This document shows positions 50,941-64,000 of a stretch of 64,000 nucleotides of DNA, one piece after another. A program made the position numbers and the translations under genes. The DNA is from the human T2T-CHM13v2.0 reference genome, Homo sapiens. The DNA lies in the NCBI RefSeq assembly GCF_009914755.1, contig NC_060926.1. One strand, 5' to 3'. Each line of letters begins with the position of its first letter. The first letter of the stretch is position 1. The notes beneath the pieces were generated by a model, which did not search any database, was not told where the DNA came from, and saw only the letters and a list, made by a program, of their open reading frames with translations.

Positions 50941-53900
50941 TCTCTCCTGTCTCCCTTTTTGAGTATTAGTTTGGGAGTCCTCCATTTGTGTCAGTTTCCA
51001 TTTGTTTGTTATTTAATGGTTTAAAAACACGGGCAAATTCAAAGGCATGCCAGGTTTTTTCTTTTTGCACATGTTTTAAAACGAAAGGACAAATTACAGT
51101 AAGAAAAATTTAGAACTGAAATGATTAACCTGCAACTTTAGAGTTAAATAGAGTCCTCTGAAGCTCTCTATGTCTATTTCTTCATTTTCTTTTCTGCCTG
51201 CTTTGAATATGCTATATATTTATTAAGCTACTGGTGTTGAGATAAAGCTCACTACAGTACTACTAATTCAAGGTTATTTGGATTTTTTAAATACATTTAT
51301 CCAGTTCAAGCTAAAATGTAAACATTAAAAGCTCATTTAAAACAGAAAGAAGAGTTAAAAAGATTTTAAAAAATTGAACTGCCATGAAAACTGCTTTACC
51401 CAAAATTGTGGTCCATAGCTTTTATTGGATTTACCCATTGGGGCAAACAAAATGTAGCCATTTGGACAGGTCCCAATTTTGTCAAAAATAATTTGGGTTC
51501 ATATATCTTTTATATGTTCATGAGTTTGTGATGCTATCTAATGGCTAGAGTTTCAAGGTAAAAGCTATTGGATCTTTGCTAGTGTGTGTATACATGTTTA
51601 ATGTGTTGATGTATATGTATGTGTATTATGTTGTGTGTTGTGTCTAGCATGCTACCAAATTAGATTATAAATAAATGCTCATAAATCAAATGAATAAGTT
51701 CAAATGCTTTTCAAGTTCATAAGACTTAAGAAAATCTTTAATAAATAAAATGCTTTTTAAATTATTGGTACAGTAAAAATAGAACTGTATTTAGAATTGT
51801 CAGCATATGTTTTTGCCTGGGTTTAATGGTTATTTTGTATTTGCCTCTGCTGGACATTTTAGGGTGTCAATGTTTGGCATGTGAGTTATAGGACTGGAAA
51901 CCCAGCCAAAAACAGAATAATCTTTGTTTCTGTGATTGTTTTTTGACAAATGAGATTGATTTAAAATTGTTGGCTCAATAAAAACAGCTGAATCTTCTGA
52001 GTTATCAGCAAAATACCTATCTCCTTTAACTTTAGAATTCTTACTTTGGTAAAAACTTGATGTTCACAGGTTTTAAAAATGGCTAACAGAAATAACTTTA
52101 AATAATGACTAGATTTTTTTCTGATATCTTAATTTTCAGAAGTAATCTAGATAGGCTGTTAAAAATGAAAGAATTGAGTACACATAAATGAGATAAATGC
52201 TTGTAGGTAAACTTTTTGCATAACTTAAAATCTTAAAATTATTTTCAATTAAATAATGGATGCTCATTGGATGTCTGGATCATGTTCAGTTAAGAAAGGG
52301 TTACAATATAGAGACATAATTTCTAAAAATTGTAGAGTGGTTTCATCTATAAAATCCTAACATCTTATAGACAGTTCAGGATTTCTTGCTTCCTGGTTTG
52401 AACTAAAATTTAAAGTTACTAAAATAAGAAGTATAGTTAATATATAATTATGCAAGTTGTGTTCTTATTACAAATAATAATTTTATGCAATTTGGAGGTT
52501 AAGAATTATTTATAAAAAAGATAAAAAGAAATCAGTAGGTAGAAGAGACAGTTGTGAAAAAATTATAGATATGAAGATATATTTTTGGTAAGGAAGGTTA
52601 TTAAAAAGAGAATAATTTTGTGTGAAAAAGAATCTTATATGGCAAATTTTTGTTCTGAAGTAAAATCACTGATTATTTTTAAAAGAGGGACATATAGAAC
52701 ACATCAAGAAGTCCAAGCATGTTGTCAATGGTCTCCATAAGTCATAATGAGGTTTGTAAAAGAAAATTTACAAAACAAATTTTATATGTAATTAAGTTGG
52801 CTACAACAAAAAGAAAATTATTTATAGTAGTCTTTCTAAGATTGGTCCCCTACTGTTAAAACATAGTTTTCTTAAGTTATTAACTTACTCTTAATAAAAT
52901 TACAAGAGGTTTTGATTTTAATTATATAACCTGTTTCCTTTTGAAAACTTCTCAGATTCATATCTCAGATTCATATCTCAACTGTTATTGTGTCTTGCTG
53001 CTTTCAGTTTTTTCTCCCTTTGAGAAGCCCTAACATGATAACTCTTTCCTAAAACTTTTTCATTAGCACCAGTAACTTTTCCTCCAGTTCTGACTGTTGT
53101 TGTGGCCTAATGTTGAAATACTTTATCTTAAATGTCTAAGAAAGTGATGTTTTACTGCAGTATAACTTGCTTTTGTACTTTTGGCTTTTCTTGATATGTC
53201 TGAATTGTTCCATGTAACCAGAAAACTCCTCCTACAGTTACTAAGAGTCATGTATTTCTCTGCTATACTCATAACTTTGAACACTCTCTTCCTGTGTTTT
53301 ATTAAATTCAAGTACTCTTTTTATCACATTTGACTTCCAGGTTATCTAAATGGGCTTCCCATAAAGAGAAGCAATCACACTGCAGGTTTTTCTTTGCCTT
53401 TTTGGTAACTGGCCTAAATGATAAAGATTTTACATTTTATCAAAATAATTTCTATATTATATTTGAAAGTTTTTTTATTGCTTAAGAAAATTGAGATTTA
53501 AAAGGATTAAAGTTTTTACATCCATGAAACTTTCTGTCTTGTTTTTAAAATATTTTGATTATCACTCTTGGCTAAAAGAATAACTATTATTCTGTTTTGA
53601 CAAAATGTTTTGAGCCTTTTAACATCTGTGATAAATGTCCTCAAAATAAAAATTCTAAACTAATTATTTGACCTAGACTTATTACTTGGGACTTACCAAA
53701 GCTACAAAAATTAATCACCACAACATTGTAGAATCTTTTTACACCTTCCAGTCAGGTCATGGACTCCAGTATCATTACCTCCAGCCCCTTGAAAGGGTCC
53801 CTACCAGGTGCTATTGACTAATCCTTGTCCTGTTAAGTAACAGGGTTTTGATTCCTGGGCATAACTATCTCATCTAAAAAGGTACCAACTATTGCTAAAT

Positions 53901-54418
53901 CTTAAATGTTGACACCAGTGTCTGACACCAGACTCATTAACCAAAGCTTTTTCTCCAGACCTGGGAAAAGTATACTGCTTTTATGAGATGCAGAGAGTGG
54001 CCTGTTTTCAAAGATATTAAGACTCATTTAATAATTTTGCCTCTATCTGAATGCTTGATACTAGATAGTTTAAATGTTTAGCTACCTATGAGCTTTCTTC
54101 TGTCTTTTTCAAAACTAGAGCTTATGACCTTTTTTATTTGAAATGTTGCCATTCTTTATGTTTTGTTTTTCCAGAGGCATGAAAACTTATTGTTTTCTTT
54201 TTGAGCTATTTGAGAGTTTTTTTTTTTTATTCTCATCTGGGCTAGAATGTTTCATTGGCTATAAGTCTTTTGACTCTAAGTCCCTTGGCCAAAGGGGTCC
54301 CACTGAGGGACTTGATGGACCTGGGGCAGGTAGCATATCACCCTCATATCAACATGGGACAAAATAAAAGTTTGGCTATCTATACTACCTCTGGCATATC
54401 TTAACAGAAAAGAGGAAA

Positions 54419-55514
54419 TGCAAACTAAAAAACAAAATGCTAAGCGCCCCCTCACTGAGTGAATAAACCCCCTCTTGGCCAAGAGAACTCCAGAGAAGGA
54501 ATCTTAAAAACTTAGTTCCCAGCCATGATGAGACAAAAGGTCAGACATGTCTCATTATATCCTCTTCCTTTTATGGTTTAGACACAACTGAACAACATTA
54601 ATGTTAAAATTAGATCATAAGACTGACAGAAACAACTCTTTGTGGTAATAAGATACCAAATTGTAAATGGGACTTATGGCCATTCCAGGCAAGGATTAAG
54701 TCACTGATTCAGTTTGGCTATGTCTGCACTCAAATCTTATCTTCTATTATAGTTCCCACAATCCCCACATGTTGTGGGAGGGACCTGCTGGAGGTGTAAT
54801 TGCATGATGGGGGTGGTTTCTTCCATGCTGTTCTTTTGATAGAGAGTTCTCATGAGATCTGATGGTTTTATAAGGGACTTTCCCTGCTTTGCTCAGCACT
54901 TATCCTTCCTGCCACCATATGAAGAAGGATGTGTTGCTTCTCCTTCTGCCATGATTGTATGTTTCCTGAGGCATCCCCAGCTATGCTAAACTGTGAGTCA
55001 ATTAAACCTTTTTCTTTTATAAATTACTCAGTCTCAAGTATGTCTTTATTAGCAGCATGAGAATGGACTAATACAGTCACCCTAAACTGCCACTATATAT
55101 TTCTTTTTCTTCAGCAGCTAAACAAGAACCTGTCTTGAGATAAGCAGTATTAAAACAATTTGCAGCTCCACCAGATGCTAATTTACTGATTTCCAGACCC
55201 TGTTCTACCAGCTGTAACTAAAACTTTGATTGGACAAGAGCTGATTTTAGTAACTTTCCCCTGATAATAGACCACTGACCATAGACTGGTTCTGGTCAGT
55301 TTACAGATTGTGTACTTGCATGCCTCTTTGTCCTGAAAATCCCTTTTAGCACATACAGCCTAATTATAGTACATTGAAATGTGAAGTCTCCATGCCAAAA
55401 GTGAACATGAGTCATATGTTACCTGACTTGTTCAATACATGAGTCAGGACCACCTTCATGAATATTCATAGCTCCTCCTATAACTCGTTAAAAACATATG
55501 TTTAGCCAACCTGT
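54419..55514 (+). mobile_element. MER4B/D-like LTR U3 fragment inside provirus (split by THE1)
   Basis: tgcaaactaaaaaacaaaatgctaagcgcccc...cccctcttggccaag preceded by purine tract aaaagaggaaa; stops at tttagccaacctgt. Confidence 0.75.
54705..55075 (+). mobile_element. THE1D-like solo LTR
   Basis: tgattcagtttggcta...gaatggactaataca; perfect TSD gtcac. Confidence 0.92.
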
Positions 55515-55689
55515 CATCATGTATCACAGGAGCCCCATTACAACTGACAGTGGGTAATTAACTTATTGCCTTTCTTATTGATATAGGAGCCATATAGTTT
55601 ATAGTTAATATTCATCTAGCCCCTGATTTTAAAAAGACTGTGAAGGTTGCAGGAATGTTCAGGAAAGCTTTGACTTGCCTCTTCCTGCA

Positions 55690-55900
55690 GCCTTTAAATT
55701 GGCATCTTGGAGACTACAATTGACAGAAAGAAACTAAAAGATAAACCATACTAAAAAAAAAAGCATTACCAAAATCTGTCAAGAAGCCAATTTGACTTGA
55801 GATAAGGTGTTGCTGGTCGCCCTGTTATAGATTAAAATAGATCCTCAAAATAGGAAGAAATTGGGTCCCTTTAAAATGTTATATGGTAGGCCATTCCACG
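55690..55900 (+). pseudogene. Integrase C-terminal remnant
   Basis: Decayed SWR.Q...NHTLKK..KICQEANLT*DKVL..ALL*IK...LGPFKMLYGRPF. Confidence 0.7.
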
Positions 55901-56224
55901 TTTCTACACTGTTGGGAAAACCAACTGATAACTTTAAGAAATTCACCAATTGCCAAATATGTTAAGACTGTAGGCACTATACTAGTTTCTGTTCATGAGT
56001 CTGCTTCTAAAAAGACCACTCATCCTAAGATGTGTCCCTACATCCTTTGCAATTGGGAATTCAGGTCCTCCTAAAGACTAAAAAAAAAAGTCAGCTCAGA
56101 GCCAGGTCAAATGGTTTCATTCCCAAGTTCCCAATCAACAGCCCCATCCAGCAGGAAGTAGCCAGATTGTAATTGACAACCAATTTTCCATAGAAATTGA
56201 ATTAAAAATCAACAGTAGGGAATT

Positions 56225-56721
56225 TGTAGCAGAAACTGCCACTCTGTCTTGAAAAATTATTCTCTTTTTTCTTTTTTTCACCCTTCTTTCCATGCTGGGC
56301 TTTTGATAATGCTTAACTCATGTGCTTCGCCTAAAGAACTCCAGGAACTGTCCTTGAAAAACTAAGCATGGAATCAAGGTTGCAGAACATCCCGTCCTGG
56401 GAAGAATTCTAAGCAGTTAATCTGTATTCCTGTTGGAATCAGGCTGACGCCCACCAGACCACCAGATGGCCATCACTCAAGACAGTCACTGAGACCAAAC
56501 ATATTGACATACATAGTCAACCCCTGTGTTTAGCTTCTCCATATCCCCCTCCCATAAAAACCCTCCAGCCAGCCTGAAAAACTCAAGATGGTCTCTGCAA
56601 CACTAGTTCACAATGTTCTCAGGTTGCCAGCTTTTGAATAAACCTGCTTTTCCTCCCATTAACTCTCATCTCTTGAGCTTGGTTTTTCAGTGGCAAGCAG
56701 CGAAACCTGGGCTCAGTTACA
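56225..56721 (+). mobile_element. 3' LTR (MER31/MER67-like)
   Basis: tgtagc...aataaa...aaacctgggctcagttaca; preceded by aacagtagggaatt. Confidence 0.85.
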
Positions 56722-56999
56722 AAGAGAAACTGTGATGAGTATGATTTGTATTCCCCTTCCTCCGTGAACCTGAATGTGGGCTATTCTAAGGGAGATTAAT
56801 GTTACAGTTAAATAATTCATTGATAGAGATGTGTCTCTATCATAAATATTTAAAATTATTATTAGTTTTTGTTCTGGTTGCTTTTTGTAACATAAAGCTC
56901 ACATAATAAAAACAGTTTGGGTGGATATGCACTAGCCAAAACTAGTTGTTTAACTTTTATTGGAAGCTTTGCAGAGATCGGGAGCAGAGTTGATTGACT

Positions 57000-57520
57000 C
57001 TTTCTTATGGTAAGTAACCATGCCCTCATGGAAACTTCTTCCCTGAGGGTGGGTTGAGCTAGTGACTTACTTCTAATAAATACAATATGACAAAAGTGAT
57101 TATGTTTCTTCCAAGGTGAGGTTACAAAAGTCTCTGGGTTCCATCTTGTGCTCTGTGGTTCTCTTCCTTGCCCATTGAAATGGAGGCAGCTGTGTGTTGT
57201 GAGCTGCCCTGTGGGGGCTCCTGTGTGGCCAGGAGCTGAGAAGGGTCTCTGTGAACAGCCGGGAGGACAGGCCCCACGGTGATGGTGTATGTGTGGCTGA
57301 ATCCTGCCAACAGCCATGTAGGTGAACCCGAAAGCAGTTCCTTCCTCAGTCTTTAGATGAGGCCACAGTCCTAGCAGATGATTTGATTGCAAATTTGCAC
57401 AAAATCTTGAGGCAGAAGGACCCAGCTACATGTCATGGCCAGATTCCTAAAGCACAGAGATGTTTGTTGTTTTAATTCACTAAGTTTAGGATAATTTGTT
57501 ATACAGTATTTGATAAAGAT
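57000..57520 (+). mobile_element. MLT1 (MLT1F-like) MaLR LTR
   Basis: tagtgacttacttctaa; gaatcctgccaacagccatgt; ctaagtttaggataatttgttatacag. Confidence 0.78.
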
Positions 57521-57903
57521 AAAAACAAAAACAAAAACAAAAACATTTCTCCATCCTGAACTTTTAAGAAACATCCAGTTAAGTACCTAAGGGTAAAGTG
57601 GCCTGATGGCTCCAACTGACTCTCAAATAGTCAGAAAAAATAATATGCACATGTACGAAAAGACACGAAGAGAGATGGACTGAGGAGGCAAACAGGTCAA
57701 AATGTAAACAACTGCTGTGCAAAGGTGAAGGGCAGTGGGAGACATTCACACTATTCTTACAACCCTTCAACCTACCTCAAAATGAAAAATTACCCATAAG
57801 CCTGAGCAAAAAGATCAGTTTAAGAAGGAATGAGTTAAAAATGGCAAAAATGGAGATCAGAAAATATGTATGAACAAACAAAACTACAAAAACAAGTAGT
57901 TTT

Positions 57904-58420
57904 TGCCAGGTCTGACCCACAGACTCTGGCAGAGTGACGGATGAAAAAATGTCCACAGACACAGGTTTTTTAGTCTGGTCACATGGCTAGGGGACCGGGC
58001 CACTCACAGACACCAAGGGGGTGCCATAAGGAGTCACAGCAGCTGCAGAGCTGACAAGCTGGCCCTGTGGGCATTTATTTAGTACAGATTTAATGACAAA
58101 GGCTTTGAGTCAACACAACTTGTGGGTAATTAACGTGGTTGCTGCACCCCACCCTCAATGCCCTCAGAGAGAGCAGTCCTGGGTGCAGATGATTAAAGGC
58201 CAGGTTCTGAGGCCTAAGTAAACTAACTTATCTAGATTAATTCCCTTACACTTACTTATCTACGTTTTGTTCTCAGCCTCTGGATAAGAGAACTTGGCTG
58301 CCTTCAGCCAAATTATCTTTCAAAGCTTTTGCAAAACCTCCTGGCCTTCCAAGAAGGTTTGCATCTTTTCCTATAATTTCTTCCTATAATTTATTCTACC
58401 ACCCTGACCCAACTCCTACA
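57904..58420 (-). mobile_element. LTR22 (HERV-K HML-5) solo LTR
   Basis: Minus strand tgtaggagttgggtcagggtggtag...gatgcaaaccttcttggaaggc; 6-bp TSD agtttt/agcttt. Confidence 0.85.
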
Positions 58421-58544
58421 AGCTTTTATTTCCTCTTTAGATGTGTGCATGGAATCATGTTGGTCAACTTATCAAAGTTATAGGATGTTGAAAACACTGC
58501 CATCATCTCATCCAGGGTAACAATATCTACTAAAAAAGAAGCCT

Positions 58545-58655
58545 GGCCAGGCATGGTGGCTCACGTCTGTAATCCCAGCATTTTGAGAGAGGCAGAGGCA
58601 GGCGGATTGCTTGAGCCCATGAGTTTGAGACTAGCCTGGGCAACATGTGAAACAA
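58545..58655 (+). mobile_element. Alu left monomer (FLAM/AluJ fragment)
   Basis: ggccaggcatggtggctcac...ggattgcttgagccc...gggcaacatg then A-rich. Confidence 0.85.
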
Positions 58656-59999
58656 AGAGAAAGAGAAAGAAACCCAATTGACATAAATAAAGAAAAATCA
58701 TAGAAGACATAAGCATTAGGCAGTATTATGTTATAAACTGAGTTATTAGTTTTAGTTTGGAAAATCTAAAATAGTCCTGGTTCAATGGCTTCTTTGTTGA
58801 ACAGACCATTGTTATGAGCCATAATGTGTTCATCTTTTTACCCCTATCTATAGAATTCCAAAGACAGCTTTCCTCTTTGTGATGTTTTGGAAACACGTCA
58901 CATTGGGAATGTTTATTTCTACTGGTGAACAAATTTGTATAACTTATTAGAGAAACAATTTGGTAATATATATAAAAAGCTTTAAAATATGGCTTTTGAT
59001 TTATTATTTTAGAAATCTGTCTGGACACCTTAAGTGCTACAAGAAAACTGAAGCACAAACAGGTTTATAAGGGTGAAAATTTCAAATAATCCATATATAC
59101 AAAACCAAGAAATGGTTTAGCAAACAGAGGAAAACGGAAAATCATGCAATAGTTAAAATTATGTTTATGGATAATTTTTTAAACAGGAAAAAGATAAAAT
59201 TTTAAAAGTAATATATAAAATGTATTGCACAATATAATTGTAATCACCTTAATTTGTAAAAAGACTTTAGGAAACATCATGTTTTTCTTTATACTATGAT
59301 ATATTTCCAAATCAGCCTGTCAAAGAATGATAGACACATATATATACTAAGAATATACAATAATACATAACACTCCACTATCTAGTAGGAAAAGTGACAA
59401 TGGCTTATCTGATATTTTCTTTAATAATTAAGACAAGAAGAAGTTGTGTTAAAAAGTATTTGGTAAACTATAGACAATTTGCTAAAGTAAGCACCAGAGA
59501 AAAATTGAAAAGAGAGTTTTTGTTGTCATTTTTAAAGAATATGTGTTCATGCCAAAATTCTAAAGCAACTACCTAGTGTTCGTTTTTTAAAGGGTATTTA
59601 TAAATGGTCTAGAGAGAGATATTTTATTTTTATATTCTTAGAGTACAGCACACATGTGAAATAGAATCAAAATAATATCAAGCTAGTTGTTTTGTGAAAA
59701 AAATTGTATCTGCATGTGGGTAGGCTTTGAATAACGTCTTGATAAGATTTTTACAGCAGAAATAACATTTAAAGTCATCTAAAATATCAACATTTTCCCC
59801 TAAAGCCATTTGTATCCCAGAAGTTTAACCAACAGCGAATTTTCAGAAGGCGATTTAGCACACAAGATCACCTTCGCTCTATTGTGCAGTATTGTTTGGG
59901 TGGTAAAGGAGAAGCCTGACAGTGCTGGATAACATCCAGAATAACAAGACCAAGACTTTGGTGACACAACTACTCCTGGTCCTTGCACAAAACCATAAA

Positions 60000-60186
60000 G
60001 TCAGTGGTTTTCCACCACAGGCAATTCTGCCTATCTTAGAACATGCGGCAATGAGCAGAGCTGGGGCATCTGGTGGCTGGACTGCCATTTGTAATCTCAC
60101 AGACACCTCTCAGCACACAGAAAAGCCCCCACCACAAAGAACTGTTCTCTTTCAAATGTTGGTTGTACTGAGGTTGAGAAATCCCA
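60000..60186. mobile_element. MER20 DNA transposon
   Basis: ccccaccacaaagaactgttc...tgaggttgagaaatccc. Confidence 0.65.
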
Positions 60187-60349
60187 TATTAAATAAAACT
60201 TCAAAATACCCCTTTTATTCTTTTCTACTAGTACATACTCCCTAACTTCAGCCCCCAGATTTTAGGCATATGTATCAATCACTTAAGGGGAAAAAGATCA
60301 CCAGATTTCTCCATTAACTTATGTTCTTTGTGTCATTTCAAAGCACACA

Positions 60350-62225
60350 TGTGTCAACAATCACAAAATAGCAACCTGATTAGAAAATGGGCAAACAGCT
60401 TGAATAGACAATTTTCCAAAGATGACCTAAAACTGGCCAACAAACCACATTAAAAGATGCTCAACATCACTAATTATTAGAGAAATGCAAATCACAACCA
60501 CAATGAGATACTACGTCACACTCATTAGTACCGTGTCTGGAAATGGTGGGTTCTTGGTCTCACCGACTTCAAGAATGAAGTTGCAGACCCTCGCCGTGAG
60601 TGTTACAGTTCTTAAAGACAGCATATCCAGAGCTTGTTCCTTCTGATGTTCGGACCTGTTCAAAGGTTCTTCCTTCTGGTGGGTTTGTGGTCTTGCTAGC
60701 TTCAGGAGTAAAGCTGCAGACCTTCCCATTAAGTGTTACAGCTCTTAAGGCGGCCCCTCTGGAGTTGTTTGCTCTGCCCGTCTGAAGTTGTTCATTCCTC
60801 CCAGCGGGGGTGGGTTTGTGGTTTGAAGCTGCAGACCTTCACAGTGAGTGTTACAGCCCGTAAAGGTAAAGCACACCTAAAAAGTGAGCAGCAGCAAGAT
60901 TTATTGCAAAGAACAAAACTTCCAGGAAAGGACTGCAGCAGGTTACCTCTACTAGCTGGGGCAGCCTGCTTTTATTCCCTTATCTGGCCCCACCCACATC
61001 CTGCTGATTGGTCCATTTTACAGAAAGCTGATTGGTCCATTTTACAGAGAGCTAATTGGTCCGTCTTGACAGGGTGCTGATTGGTGCGTTTACAAACCTT
61101 GAGCTAGACTCAGAGTGCTAATTGGTGCATTTACGATCCTCTAGCTAGACATAAAAGTTCTCCAAGTCCTCACCAGATTAGCTAGATACAGAGTGCTAAT
61201 TGGTGCATCCAGAAACTCGAGCTAGACACAGAGTGCTGATTGGTGCATTTACAATCCTCTACCTAGACATAAAAGTTCTCCAAGTCCCCACCGGACTCAG
61301 GAACCCAGCTGGTTTCGCCTGGTGGTTCCCGTGCCTGGGCTGCTGGCAGAGCTGCCCGCCAGTTCCCAGCCATGCGCCCAGCACTCCTCAGCCTTTGGGC
61401 GGTTGATGAGAGCAGGCGCCAAGGAGCAGGGGGCGGTGCCCGTTGGGGAGGCTTCGGCAGCGCGGGAGCCCACGGTGGGGCGGGGGGTGTCAGGCATGGC
61501 AGACCACAGTTCTAGAGCCCTGCCCCGCAGGGAGGTGGCTGAGACCCGCAAGAATTTGAGCGTGGTGCGGGAGGGCCGGCAGTGCTGGGGGACCCAGTGC
61601 ACCCTCTGCAGCTGCAGGCCCAGATGCTAAGCCCCTCACTGCCCGGGCTGGCGGTGCTGGCTGGCCACTCCCAGTGTGGGGCCCGCCGAGCCTGTGCCCA
61701 CCTCCCACCAGCACCGTGCACAGCCCTGGTTCCCGCCTGCGCCTCTCCCTCCACACCTCAAGGCAAGCAGAGGGAGCCGGCTCTGGCCTCTGCCAGCCCA
61801 GAGAGGGGCTTCCACAGTGCAGCAGCGGGCTGAAGGGCTCCTCAATCGCGGCCAGAGTGGAGGCCCAGGCCGAGGAGGCACTGAGAGCCAGCAAGGGCTG
61901 CTAGCATGTTGTCACCTCTCAGTATGGCCATTATCAAAATAACAGAAGGTGCTGTATGATTCCACTAATATGAGGTATCTCAAGTAGTCAAAGTTGTAGA
62001 AACAGAAAATAGAGAGGTGAAGGGCTGGGGGGTTGGGAAAAGAAAAGGAATTAGTTCTTAGTGGGCATAAAGTTTCACTTCTGCAAAATGAAAAAGTCTA
62101 GGTACCTGTTGCACAACAGTGTAAATATACTTGACAGTGCCAACCTGTTCACTTGAAAAGTTTAAAATGATAAAGTTCATGTTATATGATTGTGACTACC
62201 ATTAAAAATAAAATAAAAAATTTAA
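60350..62225 (+). mobile_element. L1MB-like 3' region split by LTR12
   Basis: agaaatgcaaatcacaaccacaatgagata...cattagta|LTR|tggccattatc; then ctgtatgattccactaatatgaggtatct and A tail. Confidence 0.8.
60532..61921 (-). mobile_element. LTR12 (ERV9; LTR12C/E-like) solo LTR
   Basis: Minus strand tgagaggtgacaacatgctagcagcc; GC-rich U3, repeated CCAAT units; TSD gtac/gtat. Confidence 0.93.
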
Positions 62226-62419
62226 AAGCACATGTATGCTTGCCAACTTTGGGACATAATTACCCAGAATAGTAGAAGCTTTATGACATCAGGTTAAAAA
62301 AATAATAGCGAAACTGAGGGTCCTCTGGTTTCCGTCCCAGGACTGCCCTCATCAGTTTCAAGTTGCTACCTGCATTGCCCGGTGACAGCCACTCGTCTTT
62401 CTGTTCCACTGCACTTGTT

Positions 62420-62729
<310 letters not shown>

Positions 62730-64000
62730 TCAGCCACTGCTACGCTGCCGTAACTGATAGAGGCAAAGTCACTCGATGAGGGCAGACAGCTGTGTACTCT
62801 GCCAGGCTACCCAGGGGAAAGTTGGGTGGGCTTGAGGATGGAGCGTAGTGGCCAGATCTGTGATTGGTGAAGATATTAGAGAACTAAGCTGGAGAGAATT
62901 TGTGTTGTTGTAACTATGATGGAAGAAAAATAAAGAAAATTCGGCATGTTTTCTTGGCCAGGGACTAACACAGAAAGAAGAACACATATCTAACACCTCC
63001 CTTTAAATTTTTTAATGCACCTTCCTTCCCTGTGAAGAAACCCGGTGATCTATTATAGAACGAGATTTGCTGGAGGCCACCTGGCTGCTGTCAATGGGGC
63101 AGTCAAGTCTTCCCAAATCTGAAAACTGCGCTTTTTACATGTTACCACACCAAGGGTCTTTAGCCCTTTGAACACCTTAGCAAGTTCTCCATTTTAACCT
63201 AATGGTGCAAAACCAGGGAGGATGCCGTGATGTTAACACTTTTACCACAGAGTATGTTGCAGCCGACGTCTGTTCATTCCGTGGTGAAGCTTGGGGTTTT
63301 CCAGTTCTCGGTCCACGAAAATTAGCTGTAAAGGTTTTCTTGCTTGTGGAGGCAGCCGCAGGCCATGTCCGACTTGTCAGCCAGACACAGAAACTAACTT
63401 GCACCTCATCCGGCAGCGCTGTGTGGGGCACCCTCCAGTCTGTTTTCGGCCCTGAAACCCGTTAGTCATCCCTGCATTTTTGCCAGTCCTTTGTGGGCCA
63501 GCAGAGGCCTGTGAAGAATTTAAATCCTTAACCGTGCATACTAATGCCTGGAGGCTTCCAGAAGCCCCGTCCAGCTGCGTCTCACCCGGAGCCCAAGGCA
63601 ACTATAAACAGGCCACAGAGGCAAAGTTCTGCTGCTCAAAATTACAGCTCCTCCCGGGGACACTATTTCCCTTCTGAAAACATCTGGCTCCCAACGTTTT
63701 CTAGCTTTGAGGGAGGCAAAGAGAGGGTTATTTTAGAAAATTTTTGTAACTTTCCAGTTTTACATGGTCTTGGCCCTTCTGTGGCCTGTATAGACATTTT
63801 CCCATAACTAAGAACATACCATAAGCCTGAGGAGAAGGTCGCTTTTTATAAAAAAAAAAAAAGTCACTAAGCCTCCAAAAGTATCTTGTTTCTTGCTAGC
63901 TCACAGCCTGTGTTTGACGGATAACAAAACACATAGAAATTAATTCTTAACCATTGCCCCTGTGGGTGTTTCGTTTGGCTCTGGGTACACAGGGAAGGGA

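Larger units (their letters stand above)
49862..56721 (+). mobile_element. Non-autonomous MER4-group provirus with MER31/MER67-like LTRs
   Basis: Homologous LTRs at both ends, TSD aaga (49858-49861, 56722-56725), PBS after 5' LTR, PPT before 3' LTR, AT-rich non-coding interior. Confidence 0.85.

Noticed and set aside
52951-52980. 13-bp tandem duplication ctcagattcatat
   Set aside because: Trivial slippage event inside ERV internal sequence.
56862-57392. 176-aa ORF, longest in window
   Set aside because: Mostly antisense MLT1 LTR; no recognisable domain.
61200-61942. Dense overlapping ORFs and CpG-island-like region suggesting a gene 5' end
   Set aside because: Entirely within the GC-rich U3 of LTR12.

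Overview
Repeat-dominated, apparently gene-free primate (human-like, catarrhine) genomic DNA. I found no credible host protein-coding exon, RNA gene or CRISPR array; most listed ORFs are chance frames or retroelement fragments. Main landmarks: (1) a two-LTR HERV-W/HERV17 provirus on the minus strand (22822-30828, 4-bp TSD ACAG) with broken gag-pro-pol and a double deletion removing most of integrase and env; (2) a much older, LTR-less gammaretrovirus-like gag-pro-pol remnant (~5950-12270) with nested L1, MaLR and AluY insertions; (3) a two-LTR MER31/MER67-like MER4-group provirus (49862-56721, TSD AAGA) carrying an internal PPT+MER4 U3; (4) many solo LTRs (MST, THE1, MER4A/A1, LTR15/MER51-like, LTR22, LTR12), Alus, L1/L2/L3/MIR and DNA-transposon fossils; (5) a minisatellite cluster at 43.6-49.6 kb (86, 81, 57 and 76-bp units). 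Subfamily names are from memory of consensus sequences and need RepeatMasker/Dfam confirmation. I cannot support a genuinely new biological system; the best leads are a 183-bp identical U3 block between otherwise diverged HERV-W LTRs, microhomology-mediated env deletion junctions, a fold-back duplication at an LTR junction, and motif-bearing VNTRs.
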